Shown one piece after another: positions 29,138 through 38,349 of a stretch of 64,000 nt of DNA. Each line of letters starts with the position of its first letter. Within the stretch, counting starts at the first letter, position 1. Origin of the DNA: a virus; IMG/VR virus record IMGVR_UViG_3300036770_005754, positions 103,472 through 167,471 of that record; one strand, 5' to 3'. The notes below the pieces were generated by a model. The model had not been told where the DNA came from and made no database searches. It saw only the letters and a list, made by a program, of their open reading frames with translations. The translations under genes and the position numbers were made by a program.

Positions 29138-29254
29138 TGGTGGCCGGTTGCTAGGATTTGCACCCGCGACCTACGATCCGTTAGATCGTCGCTCTAGACT
29201 ACCCTCTAGGACTAATAGTCCTAGATTGGCTCCATTCGGCTGAGCTAAACCGGA
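29138..29254 (-). tRNA. Degenerate tRNA-like gene (anticodon AAC) with a ~40-nt hairpin-containing insertion in the D-loop
   Basis: CCGGTT/AACCGG acceptor stem, TA-GCTC...GAGC D-stem, ACGAT-CTAACGG-ATCGT anticodon arm, AGGTC variable loop, GCGGG-TGCAAAT-CCTAGC T arm, and encoded CCACCA. Confidence 0.55.
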
Positions 29255-29288
29255 TGAGAACTCATTGAAGGATTCTCATTCTTCCACC

Positions 29289-29645
29289 TTACACATTTGG
29301 AATGATCTTAACACTGGCTACAGAAGGAGACACCACCTTCTTTTCCTCAGAAATCACTCCCTTCTCCATCAACTTTTTCTTCAGCTCACCAGACTTTGAT
29401 AAAACATCCTCATTAATCTTCAACACCAGCTTAGAGCTACCTTTAGAAGGTGAGCTAATAGTAATCTCACCGACACCCTTCACCACAATCGACTTCTTAG
29501 CACCAGCAGCATATTCTCGAAGCTTACCCTTCAAAACATTCAATCTTTCCTCGGCCTTGTTGTAATCGCTAAATACTTCAAACGCCTCTTTAGCGACTTC
29601 CATCACTTCAGATTCCACCTCAGATTCAATCATCGCAATACCCAT
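29289..29645 (-). CDS. Hypothetical Lys/Glu-rich protein
   Basis: 118-aa ORF; start uncertain. Confidence 0.7.
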   Translation of the reverse strand: MGIAMIESEVESEVMEVAKEAFEVFSDYNKAEERLNVLKGKLREYAAGAKKSIVVKGVGEITISSPSKGSSKLVLKINEDVLSKSGELKKKLMEKGVISEEKKVVSPSVASVKIIPNV

Positions 29646-29957
29646 ATGAAAGAAATAAAAATCACAAAAAGAGTTACAACACCATTTCTAGAAGCAATAC
29701 CGCCACAAATAGAACACTTCGATGCATATATTTACGCAGTGGTGAAAAGAAAAGAAGGGCTAAACATACCAGAAGACAAATACGGAATAGACGTGAGAAT
29801 AGATCCAGCAACACTAAACTGGAAACAAAAAACAATCACAATCACAATACCACTAAACATCAACACAGGGATAAAAACAATAAACGACCTAGAAGAAACA
29901 TGGTTCGAATCGCTAGAAGCAGCATTCATTATGATGATGCACAACGCATTACCATAA
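29646..29957 (+). CDS. Hypothetical protein
   Basis: 103-aa ORF filling the gap between two minus-strand genes. Confidence 0.65.
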   Translation: MKEIKITKRVTTPFLEAIPPQIEHFDAYIYAVVKRKEGLNIPEDKYGIDVRIDPATLNWKQKTITITIPLNINTGIKTINDLEETWFESLEAAFIMMMHNALP

Positions 29958-29958
29958 G

Positions 29959-30774
29959 CTAAATCCTATTCGCCCTAGTAATAGTATGATAATATCTAAC
30001 AGGCCTAGGACCATATAAACTATGATCACCAGGACCGTAAACACCAGACGACTGATAATGCAAAAAAGCAGTAGTCAAAATCGGCTTGCCCCTATAGGCC
30101 AAGTATAAAGCAATCAGCCTCTCAAAAACATGCGGAGTCCAAAAACCAATATCAGTCAACCGCAGCTTACTAATAATATTATATAACCTATTACCAAGAT
30201 AATCAAAAGTAGCACGAGAACACGCGAATTGATGCGAATAAATCATATTAGGCTGAGTATCCATAGCCCACTCATAAATCTCACCATCATACTTCTTGAT
30301 AATATCCCAGACAAAAATCTCATTATCAAAACAATGAATCATATACGGATCATACTTAGGTATCAAATGAGCATCAGTAGGTACAAACCAATCTTCCCAT
30401 AAACCACCATAGGCAACAGGAATAGTCAAAGCGATAGAAGAATGAGGATCGGCGTCCAAAGAATCATTCAACCTCCTCCAAGTCTCACCGGCCTTGAAAT
30501 GCAAATCAATATCGGAATGCATAATAGCCACATGATTGTCGCCAATTAGCTCATTAGCATGCTCCCAAATGGTCAAAATAACCGAGGATTCAAATAACGC
30601 AGAATTCCAGGAAGCATAAGTCGGATAAAAATCACCAGCCTCAGACAAATCAGAACTTTTATTCTTAGTCACACCACATGAAATCCTCCTGCTATCAACG
30701 AGCTTAGAATTGAAAGCCCTCTTAGGCAACAAATCAGCAGATTGCGGATGTAGCAAAACAAAAGATTTAATCAT
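29959..30774 (-). CDS. Glycosyltransferase-like protein (DUF4422-like)
   Basis: HSDID (DxD-like), YSHQF, and H.FERL..LYL motif. Confidence 0.55.
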   Translation of the reverse strand: MIKSFVLLHPQSADLLPKRAFNSKLVDSRRISCGVTKNKSSDLSEAGDFYPTYASWNSALFESSVILTIWEHANELIGDNHVAIMHSDIDLHFKAGETWRRLNDSLDADPHSSIALTIPVAYGGLWEDWFVPTDAHLIPKYDPYMIHCFDNEIFVWDIIKKYDGEIYEWAMDTQPNMIYSHQFACSRATFDYLGNRLYNIISKLRLTDIGFWTPHVFERLIALYLAYRGKPILTTAFLHYQSSGVYGPGDHSLYGPRPVRYYHTITRANRI

Positions 30775-30792
30775 TTCAAACCAATCGAAAAG

Positions 30793-31644
30793 TCAGAAAC
30801 CATGAATCAGCTGTAAGCCCTGCTCCCTATCAGTCCTCAGAGCGACCTTGCTCACACCTGTAGCCCTCAAATTCACTTCCAAACCATCATTAGCTTCAAG
30901 ACTAGTCGGAATATAACTAGTCAACTCCTTATCAGACCAATGCATATGTGTCCCGAGCATCTCAGGAAACCGCAACCGCCATTTATTATGAAGATATCTC
31001 AAATATGGCCAGTATTTACCAGACATACTGGCAGAATACTTCCCATAATGGACAATAGGCAAATGAGCACAATAAACCTTATAAGCAGCAGCACGAGCCT
31101 GTAAACACATATCGACACCATAAAAATGGAAACCATGAAACATAGAATCAAACCTTAAACCGGTCCTTTTGTTGACAGCTATCAAGCACTCGTCAGCACA
31201 ATGAACAGTCGTTATATCCTTAATACCATCCCAATAAGGCGGCTTACCAATATTCTCATCACTATCCCAAACAGACCCAACAGCAACAGTATCAACATCA
31301 AGAGAACCGCCCCACCGACCTATGTCTTTCCTACCATACTTCAGTGAAATACCAGCAGTACCAATGATACCCCACTCATCAGGAATAACACTAATAATAT
31401 CGCTCAATATATAGAACCAATCAAACAACAATCTAACATCCTGATGAGCAAATATTACTACATCTGATCTGGCTACATCCATACCAATATTCAAAGCATT
31501 GCTGGCAGAATATCTGTTGCCATTGTTGATAATGGGTATAATCTCAATATCATGCCCACTGCGGCAAGCATTCATAGAACTGAGAAGACATTTCTCAAAC
31601 ACGTCAGGCCTGGAAACACAGCAAACAATCGAAAAATCAGGCAT
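30793..31644 (-). CDS. GT-A fold glycosyltransferase (GT2-like)
   Basis: FSIVCC, AS.ALN.G...A..D...F.HQDV, G..G.AG, FD..F..FHFYG.D.CLQA, ..V.H. Confidence 0.85.
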   Translation of the reverse strand: MPDFSIVCCVSRPDVFEKCLLSSMNACRSGHDIEIIPIINNGNRYSASNALNIGMDVARSDVVIFAHQDVRLLFDWFYILSDIISVIPDEWGIIGTAGISLKYGRKDIGRWGGSLDVDTVAVGSVWDSDENIGKPPYWDGIKDITTVHCADECLIAVNKRTGLRFDSMFHGFHFYGVDMCLQARAAAYKVYCAHLPIVHYGKYSASMSGKYWPYLRYLHNKWRLRFPEMLGTHMHWSDKELTSYIPTSLEANDGLEVNLRATGVSKVALRTDREQGLQLIHGF

Positions 31645-31674
31645 CTGGCAAAACTACCATAAAGGAGAAATCAA

Positions 31675-31905
31675 ATGGCATCGAACATAACAACGATCAC
31701 CAACGTCTCACGCCAACTTGTCCCGATACTCATCAACAGCATCGACGCGACTAGCTCACAAGTCGGGTCAGACTTGATTGCCGCTAAATCAGAACAGACA
31801 TTCATACAACCAGGTGCCGAAATCAACGTCGAATCGAACCGTGTCGACCTAGCACAATTAGAACAAATGCGAAGAAACGGTCTGATAAGATTCGTGTCCC
31901 GGTAG
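31675..31905 (+). CDS. Small protein, paralog of pre-sheath protein 11134..11388
   Basis: AAGGAG RBS; NVSRQL, IQPG and QLEQMRRNGLIR motifs. Confidence 0.75.
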   Translation: MASNITTITNVSRQLVPILINSIDATSSQVGSDLIAAKSEQTFIQPGAEINVESNRVDLAQLEQMRRNGLIRFVSR

Positions 31906-31912
31906 TATCTAC

Positions 31913-32656
31913 ATGCTGTTTGTGGAAAATGAAATAACACCAATATTAATGGTGTCATACCATAGGCCAAACGACTTTAAAATATCCCTAAAATCAGTAC
32001 TAAACAACACAGATTGCCCATTTCATCTGACAATCCTCGACAACTCATGTGGCGGTCTGGATAGCGAATTAGACTCAATACAAGCAAGCAATGTGACAAT
32101 ATACAAGAGCAGCACCAATATAGGGAAAGCAGCAATAATAAATAAAAAATTCGCAGAAATGGTCGGAAACAGCACACACTTCATAACAATAGACGCCGAT
32201 GTAGTAGTGCCAAAGAAATGGCTAACAGAGATGAAAAGATCATACTACTCTGTGAGGAAAAACAACAAACCAGGAATAATAGCACCAGCAATACTCAGCA
32301 GCCTACAAGACTCCTGGCCCAAACAATTAGAGAATAATAAACTAACAATGCACCAAATCGGCGATCTAAGAGAAGTGAAATATTACAATGGACTATACCA
32401 AAACAGATATAACGCCGGACCATTGTTCCTCATAGATACCGAATTTTTCAAATCTGCTGGAATGTACTACGATAAACAATTATACGGGGCAGATGACGGA
32501 ATGTTATGCAACTCAGCAACAAAAATGAATAGATTCCTAGGCATAAACAGCAACGTCTCAGTCTTACACTCGAACTTCGATAGTACACCAGAATACATGA
32601 ACTGGAAGAAAAGAAACATCACCAAGGACGAGGACCAACGTGGTCATTGGGATTGA
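31913..32656 (+). CDS. Family-2 glycosyltransferase
   Basis: SY.R...K.SL.SV, ILDNS, NIGKA, IDADVVVP..WL, YGADD. Confidence 0.85.
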   Translation: MLFVENEITPILMVSYHRPNDFKISLKSVLNNTDCPFHLTILDNSCGGLDSELDSIQASNVTIYKSSTNIGKAAIINKKFAEMVGNSTHFITIDADVVVPKKWLTEMKRSYYSVRKNNKPGIIAPAILSSLQDSWPKQLENNKLTMHQIGDLREVKYYNGLYQNRYNAGPLFLIDTEFFKSAGMYYDKQLYGADDGMLCNSATKMNRFLGINSNVSVLHSNFDSTPEYMNWKKRNITKDEDQRGHWD

Positions 32657-33263
32657 TGCTATAATCACTATAATACCTCGAAATGACTCTACTTTCAACA
32701 GCGACCACCCTATCAAAAAGCTCAGGTGTATACTTAGCCCAATATTTCGATGGCCTACCATCCAAATCTGAGTCATTCACCCTTTGTAAATTATCAATCA
32801 TCTCTTCATCATATTTCAACCCGGACATTGATATTGCAGTTTTAATATCCCTAGCACCATTCTCTATTTTCGCGATGAAATCGATACCGCCAGGGACATA
32901 CTGTATATATTGCTCATATAACCAAGTCACCCAGCCGTCTGGTTTATATTCAAGAACGTTGCTCACAAACGTTCGAAAATCATTAGACGCACAACTAGCG
33001 TCAAGCGGATGATTCATTTTCCACCCACTCTTCATCCTAAAGGCCCACACGGATTGGTACCACGTTATGGGATGTCTAATGATTGTAAATATAAATCGCT
33101 CTTTGTACCATTCTTCCGGATGGTGGTCGAGTAATTGTGGAAAATGACTATGCTGGTGCCCTATCATGAAGGTATTGGTGGTTCTCCTCAATATCGAGGA
33201 CGCCCACATACCACCAGTCTTTGGAATATGAAGAAATACGAAATTTTTCGAAGCTAATGCCAT
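32619..33263 (-). CDS. Sulfotransferase (Sulfotransfer_2-like)
   Basis: 5'-PSB motif FLHIPKTGG and 3'-PB motif FTIIRHP..WY.S.W. Confidence 0.85.
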   Translation of the reverse strand: MALASKNFVFLHIPKTGGMWASSILRRTTNTFMIGHQHSHFPQLLDHHPEEWYKERFIFTIIRHPITWYQSVWAFRMKSGWKMNHPLDASCASNDFRTFVSNVLEYKPDGWVTWLYEQYIQYVPGGIDFIAKIENGARDIKTAISMSGLKYDEEMIDNLQRVNDSDLDGRPSKYWAKYTPELFDRVVAVESRVISRYYSDYSINPNDHVGPRPW

Positions 33264-34222
33264 CAGTTTACCATATTCTCAGCTTGTTGCGTGAAACCCA
33301 CAGCAGATAATAAAGTATGCATTCGATTGTGATAAGTATGATTCTTCAATACTTCGCTTTGAATACTGCGCATATTCTCCAATCGTTCGCCCTCATTCTC
33401 AGAATAGTGGACGCATAAATCGACAAAATTCTTGGGAGTTTGTGAAACAATAGCCGATGGCAAAAGCCTCTTTAGACTCGGCACAGTATCATGGACCGGC
33501 AGGGCACCGCACAAAGCGGCCTTGAAAACACGCTCTGGCACATCTATAGCGTGACTATGTGTGTGTATTTCGGAAATGCAAGGTGCCACTCTGCCGCTAT
33601 TCAGAAACTCGTTAGCCTGATCTTCCGGCAACGGTCCATTACAAATACCATCCGGCCAGTCACCCCACCCTCTAACAGAATAATTAATACCACGGTTCTT
33701 GGATTCAACAAGGGCCGGTAGCAAAAATGAGTCTATCGTCTTAGCCTTATATGCCCACCTACCGCCAAGATACACAATACCGACTGTTCTGTCTGATGCT
33801 GGCCTAATGTCTTTGAATATGGTCTTATCGCCAGCACACGGCATCGGGACCCACTGGACACCATGTTTAGTGGTCCAATAGCTCCAGATCAATCTATCAT
33901 CTTCACCACCATAGCCGAACACAACATCAGGTTTTTGATTTATAGTCCACCTAATATTGTCTTTATTTTCATTAATTCCTGGAATGTCGATCGGGCCATA
34001 TGGGTTAACATGTATAGCTACTTTGCAATTTTGCCTATTTGGAGGTATTGGTTGTTTATGCCCCGAACATCCAATATATAGGTCCGGGCCGAATGCCCTC
34101 CAAGTGCTTTCTATACCGTCCCATCTTCGTACTGTGTGGCCCTTGTCATGCAGAGCATTGAAAAAGCCATCTGTAATATACCCAAAAGCACCGCCGGGGC
34201 GGTTACATATAAGTACTTTCAT
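33263..34222 (-). CDS. GT-B glycosyltransferase (CgeB / Glyco_trans_1_2-like)
   Basis: D...F, IVYLG, V.GWG.W, ERVF.A..CG and VL..HTY.NR motifs. Confidence 0.8.
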   Translation of the reverse strand: MKVLICNRPGGAFGYITDGFFNALHDKGHTVRRWDGIESTWRAFGPDLYIGCSGHKQPIPPNRQNCKVAIHVNPYGPIDIPGINENKDNIRWTINQKPDVVFGYGGEDDRLIWSYWTTKHGVQWVPMPCAGDKTIFKDIRPASDRTVGIVYLGGRWAYKAKTIDSFLLPALVESKNRGINYSVRGWGDWPDGICNGPLPEDQANEFLNSGRVAPCISEIHTHSHAIDVPERVFKAALCGALPVHDTVPSLKRLLPSAIVSQTPKNFVDLCVHYSENEGERLENMRSIQSEVLKNHTYHNRMHTLLSAVGFTQQAENMVN

Positions 34223-36132
34223 TTGCAATACCTTTCGAAGGATTTTGAGTAACCATTGTTATTTAACTGAATATACTGCTTCTTGATCCTATCTTCCATC
34301 GATATTGCTTTTAATTGTGACTCTATTGTTTTATTCTTATTATGATGCTCGTTCCACCCATGTACACGTGGATGCCATAAGTGTAATAAATCAAATGTTC
34401 GTTTTTCTGACCATCGTGAAGAAGCTGATAATCTAGCGTAAAAATCGCAATCCTCACAACCATAACCCCAAAAATCTTCGTTAAACCCGCCGCACTTCCA
34501 GTAGTCGCTGACTGTGCAGGCCAATGAGCCACCTTCAAAATATCCAATTACTCTTTCGCATTGTACATCTTCGCTCACGATACCACTACTGTTAATCAAT
34601 CTCGTCGAATCCTCATTCGCATATATCACTTTACCGCCAATATGGCATGCCCCAAAATCTTCTAAGTTATTCCAGATCTCTCTTGTGTAATGTCCTTGTA
34701 CTAACATATCAGCATCATGTAAGACGACTTTTGATGTCAGAGAGTTATCAACACCGAAGTTAAAAGCTAGAGACTTGTTGAATAATGGGTTTTGTATTCG
34801 TGATACTAAATGATATCCGACTGGCTCATGTGCACTCACTTCTATTCTGGATTTAATGTCTTGTTCAATGAGCAATATGTTAATGACTGGAAATCTTTGC
34901 GCTCTAATATTATTGACCACTGAAATTATTGATTCGTTTCTCCCGGTCTCTCTAAATGGTATTATGTACGTTATATCATCCACTGCCGATCTATTAGTTG
35001 GCACAATGACTACCGGGGATCTGTTTTCAAATACTGCTTTTGCGTTTTTCAGATGTTGGTCTTTATTGTCTACGCTGGATTTTTCTGCGTGCGTTTTATA
35101 GAACTTATCTGATCCATTGACATCAAAGAAGCCTTTATCTTGCAGTCCCATCTCCCAGGCCTTTTGGGACCAATCGACGTGTTCCATTCCGTATGTGCCA
35201 TATGACTCATCGAAGTAGCCACATTTTTGTAGCATTGAGTTGGTGAATGCTAATACAGCACCATGCGGTTTTGAGTTCGATTTTCTTACTATTGTTCCGT
35301 TTCTAGTCTCTTGTTCACCTGGTTTCGCACCATATACGCCGACTTGTGTGTATGTGAAGTGGTGCATATTAGTCCGACACATAGCATCAGCATAATGCTT
35401 CTCCCATCCGTTTTGTAATATCTCAACATCATCATTCAGCAATATGCCATATTTAAATCTTGATAAGCATCTTAGTAATCTATTGCTGTTGCCTGCTACT
35501 CCAATTCTCGCACTGTTTTTGATCACTGTGAAGTTATTTGTGACACTATCTAGATATTTGAGTAATTCGCTGTCTGTGCTGCAATCGTCGCTAATGAAGA
35601 TTGTTGTCTTACGTAAATCGGTATATCTTATTATTGAATCTACAAGCCTTTTTAGAGAGTCACGTCTATTGTACGATAATATGCCGACTCCTATGTTGTT
35701 GCTGATCGGATAATGGTTATTCTCTAAGTTCGACTGTAATAGCTCTGTTGCGTTCGTCTGTAGCTTTCTGCCGACTATTTTTCCGACTTTGTTGTTTGAC
35801 GTGGTTAGCCGTTGTTGTGATATTTTCTTGGCTTTAATTATTTCTTGCCTTATTTTCCTACGTTCGACGCTATTTTCTTCTGCTGGAGGTTTTTGTGGTA
35901 CTTGTTCTTGTCTTTTTTGTATTATACGATGCTGCTTGAGTGGGATATTTCGCGGTAATGGTTGCTGTACCTGTTGAGATGATTGGTTGGCTAACTTGAT
36001 AAAACCTCTCGACTTATAACGATCAAAATATTCTGGTAATACGACTTTTGAGTGAGGTTTTACTCTAATTACTATTCCATCCGGGCCTGTTAGATGGACT
36101 ATGAAGCTGTTTGGGTTGATATATTCTGGCAT
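34219..36132 (-). CDS. Bifunctional glycosyltransferase (GT2 + GT7-like C-terminal domain) with an N-terminal small domain and basic linker
   Basis: SYNR, SDDCSTD, LLNDDV, GYFDE.YG.YG.EH.D; second domain IIPFR, FNKS...N.G, HDADM, GGFNEDFWGYG.ED.DF..R, HLWHPR. Confidence 0.9.
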   Translation of the reverse strand: MPEYINPNSFIVHLTGPDGIVIRVKPHSKVVLPEYFDRYKSRGFIKLANQSSQQVQQPLPRNIPLKQHRIIQKRQEQVPQKPPAEENSVERRKIRQEIIKAKKISQQRLTTSNNKVGKIVGRKLQTNATELLQSNLENNHYPISNNIGVGILSYNRRDSLKRLVDSIIRYTDLRKTTIFISDDCSTDSELLKYLDSVTNNFTVIKNSARIGVAGNSNRLLRCLSRFKYGILLNDDVEILQNGWEKHYADAMCRTNMHHFTYTQVGVYGAKPGEQETRNGTIVRKSNSKPHGAVLAFTNSMLQKCGYFDESYGTYGMEHVDWSQKAWEMGLQDKGFFDVNGSDKFYKTHAEKSSVDNKDQHLKNAKAVFENRSPVVIVPTNRSAVDDITYIIPFRETGRNESIISVVNNIRAQRFPVINILLIEQDIKSRIEVSAHEPVGYHLVSRIQNPLFNKSLAFNFGVDNSLTSKVVLHDADMLVQGHYTREIWNNLEDFGACHIGGKVIYANEDSTRLINSSGIVSEDVQCERVIGYFEGGSLACTVSDYWKCGGFNEDFWGYGCEDCDFYARLSASSRWSEKRTFDLLHLWHPRVHGWNEHHNKNKTIESQLKAISMEDRIKKQYIQLNNNGYSKSFERYCK

Positions 36133-36698
36133 TATCGCTTCGCTTCAATATACATCGGCTGAAACAAATTGGCAACTGGGTCGTGGTACAGGCGGAATCT
36201 TGTCGGTTTGAGGATTATATCACCCGAGTATGATCCAGCACCTCTAGCTATCGCGTCTATGATGCGGTCGTCGATTATTTCAGTTTTGATTACTTCCTGA
36301 ACGTCGAACATTTTGCTGAAAATGTCCCTGACCATACCTGGGCTTGCCATTTTGTTATATGCAGTCTGAACGTCTACTAATGTCAATCTGTCTGATATTG
36401 TAAAGAAGAGTTGGGCTTGCTCGATTCTTATTAACTTCATCAGATATAAGACATTTTGCAATTTACTGTCACAGAATTCTAGGGCTGTCTTTGATAATTG
36501 ATTGTCAGTTGTCAGATCAATGTTGTTGCCGTTCCAATCACCGTAGAGAACTACAATTTGGTCTTTTTCTGGTTGTCTATAAACAAGGACTGATAGGCCA
36601 TCATTGCCGTAGTGTCTTATAACATAGCAGAAAACATTGTTAACGTGCTGGATTAGACTATCGGGCATGAATTTCGGATACGGCAGAACCTGCGGCAA
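36132..36698 (-). CDS. Hypothetical protein (start uncertain; TTG at 36698 chosen)
   Basis: ORF open to 36851, but the extra part overlaps the upstream gene. Confidence 0.6.
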   Translation of the reverse strand: MPQVLPYPKFMPDSLIQHVNNVFCYVIRHYGNDGLSVLVYRQPEKDQIVVLYGDWNGNNIDLTTDNQLSKTALEFCDSKLQNVLYLMKLIRIEQAQLFFTISDRLTLVDVQTAYNKMASPGMVRDIFSKMFDVQEVIKTEIIDDRIIDAIARGAGSYSGDIILKPTRFRLYHDPVANLFQPMYIEAKR

Positions 36699-36699
36699 T

Positions 36700-37068
36700 T
36701 TAGATATACCAGATTCCGGTGTTTGCTTGCTTGTCGTGATGTTGTATGGCGTACTTCCCGTTCTTCGCACTGCGGATTTCCGATAGTTTGATTTTGTAGG
36801 TCTCTTTTTCTTGCTCTTGGCCCGACATAACGAAAAGCAAGTATGGGACACCGGCGAAAATTATGTGCAGATCGTCAGTGTCCTTATCATACTGTTTAAT
36901 TACTCCGTGCCACGTCGATAACCAACGTGACCATATCACGTAATCACCATATTGAGGAACATACAATGCCCTAGGCCTGTAGTGAGCCAATGGCGGCAGA
37001 TCAGCCTTCAGGCCTCTTAATCCTAGTGAGGCTGTGGGTGTAGATCTCATATCTGTACTCGTAACCAT
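36700..37068 (-). CDS. Hypothetical protein (SH3/Tudor-like YVPQYGDYVIW; start uncertain)
   Basis: 122-aa ORF in a packed operon. Confidence 0.55.
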   Translation of the reverse strand: MVTSTDMRSTPTASLGLRGLKADLPPLAHYRPRALYVPQYGDYVIWSRWLSTWHGVIKQYDKDTDDLHIIFAGVPYLLFVMSGQEQEKETYKIKLSEIRSAKNGKYAIQHHDKQANTGIWYI

Positions 37069-37510
37069 CTTTGATATCCCAGGTTATTAATGTGTTCTTT
37101 CTTGTACCACCAGTCCATTGCTTTATTAACGGATCAACCCACGTTAATCCATCTGCACTCTTTTTCATGGTAGCTGGTTTCATCAACTTACCATTAATTT
37201 CTAAGCTCTCGACCTCATCATCTGGTGATTCTAACCGTTTCTTAATTAGATCGAGTCCCTCGATAAGAATAGACCTTCTGCTCTTAGATTTAGTCTCTGA
37301 AGAAACCCGATATAGCACTCTATTACCATCTTCTGACTCTTCCAATAACGTCTGTATCGGAATAGATTGAGGTTTTAAATCACTATTAGGACCAAACTGA
37401 GCAACAACCGCCTGTATGTCGCTCAATGTATTAACCTGCACTGGTTTCAAAATCTCCTGACTCAACTTCTGACCTTCTCTCAGACGTGCTCGCTCCAGCG
37501 CCTCCATCAA
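37001..37510 (-). CDS. Hypothetical protein
   Basis: 169-aa ORF with an AGGAG RBS. Confidence 0.65.
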   Translation of the reverse strand: MMEALERARLREGQKLSQEILKPVQVNTLSDIQAVVAQFGPNSDLKPQSIPIQTLLEESEDGNRVLYRVSSETKSKSRRSILIEGLDLIKKRLESPDDEVESLEINGKLMKPATMKKSADGLTWVDPLIKQWTGGTRKNTLITWDIKDGYEYRYEIYTHSLTRIKRPEG

Positions 37511-37922
37511 TCACTCTCCTATGCAAAATATCTAAATCATAGGTCTTCACACGACCTTTCCTAATCAGTTCATATACAACATGAAAACACGTTGCTAATC
37601 TATGCGAAACAAAAGTAATTATTAACCAATTTACAATGCTGTAATTAGTAGTGCTTGCGATTACAGGGAAAGCTGAAGGAAGTATGAACAAAGACAAGAA
37701 ACCAGCCACCCAGACACTTGTACAATAACCGCAAGATATAAGCTTATCAAACCAAACCAATAGTGCTTGTAACCAGTTATCTTTTGGTGGCCCGTCTATT
37801 GGGTATATTGATTTCTTGATAAAATCTCGAAATGGTCTCATTATCTCAGACGAGGTGATAATTTCCGAAATTGCTTCAACTGCGACTGACATCAACAATA
37901 TTGCGATGATTTCAGCAATCAT
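37431..37922 (-). CDS. DUF1360-like membrane protein
   Basis: TM helices, S.I..P.R and LISCGYCTSVW signature. Confidence 0.7.
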   Translation of the reverse strand: MIAEIIAILLMSVAVEAISEIITSSEIMRPFRDFIKKSIYPIDGPPKDNWLQALLVWFDKLISCGYCTSVWVAGFLSLFILPSAFPVIASTTNYSIVNWLIITFVSHRLATCFHVVYELIRKGRVKTYDLDILHRRVIDGGAGASTSERRSEVESGDFETSAG

Positions 37923-38170
37923 TTAACTATCAGCCTGCAGTTCGGGTTGGAGCATTGGAATCTTTCTCTACCAGCAATATTTACAGTCATGATCACGTAC
38001 CCACATTTAGTGCACTTCTTGCCAGAAGAGATATGCTGTCTAGAAGCAATTACTTGACGATTCTGATTACCAGTAGGTGCGGACTGTTTCCGAGCAGCAC
38101 GAGATTGCCGCGGCTCTTTACGTTCTATCGTTTGTTTTCTAATCTGCCGTCTACCGCCACCGCAACACAT
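37919..38170 (-). CDS. Small basic zinc-ribbon protein
   Basis: MCCGGG start after GAGGT; CTKCG...CSNPNC. Confidence 0.7.
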   Translation of the reverse strand: MCCGGGRRQIRKQTIERKEPRQSRAARKQSAPTGNQNRQVIASRQHISSGKKCTKCGYVIMTVNIAGRERFQCSNPNCRLIVK

Positions 38171-38188
38171 ATTATTACCTCTTATCAA

Positions 38189-38318
38189 GGTGATTTGCAG
38201 GGCGAATCTTGCGGTTAGTAACCGCCCGGGGTCTCAACGGTATGACCTGTCTGAGAACTATCGCAGAGGGCCTAGGGCCCTGACTCGATCGTTCGACTCT
38301 GATAGATGCAGAATTACC
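38189..38318 (+). ncRNA. Candidate ~130-nt multi-stem structured RNA in an intergenic gap
   Basis: Closing helix GGTGATTTGCA/TGCAGAATTACC, with internal hairpins GCGGTT/AACCGC, GGTC/GACC, CTATC/GATAG, AGGGCC/GGCCCT and TCGA/TCGA. Confidence 0.45.
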
Positions 38319-38349
38319 ACACGAATTACAAGCCATAAACGCCTCCAAT

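Noticed and set aside
29170-29195. Amber-suppressor (CTA) reading of the tRNA-like anticodon, implying stop-codon recoding
   Set aside because: The stem register places AAC, not CTA, at 34-36. Genes are intact in the standard code and several end in TAG.
29640-29650. Back-to-back divergent start codons (CATATG) with no intergenic space
   Set aside because: The minus-strand gene has alternative downstream Met starts, so the zero gap is probably a start-call artefact.
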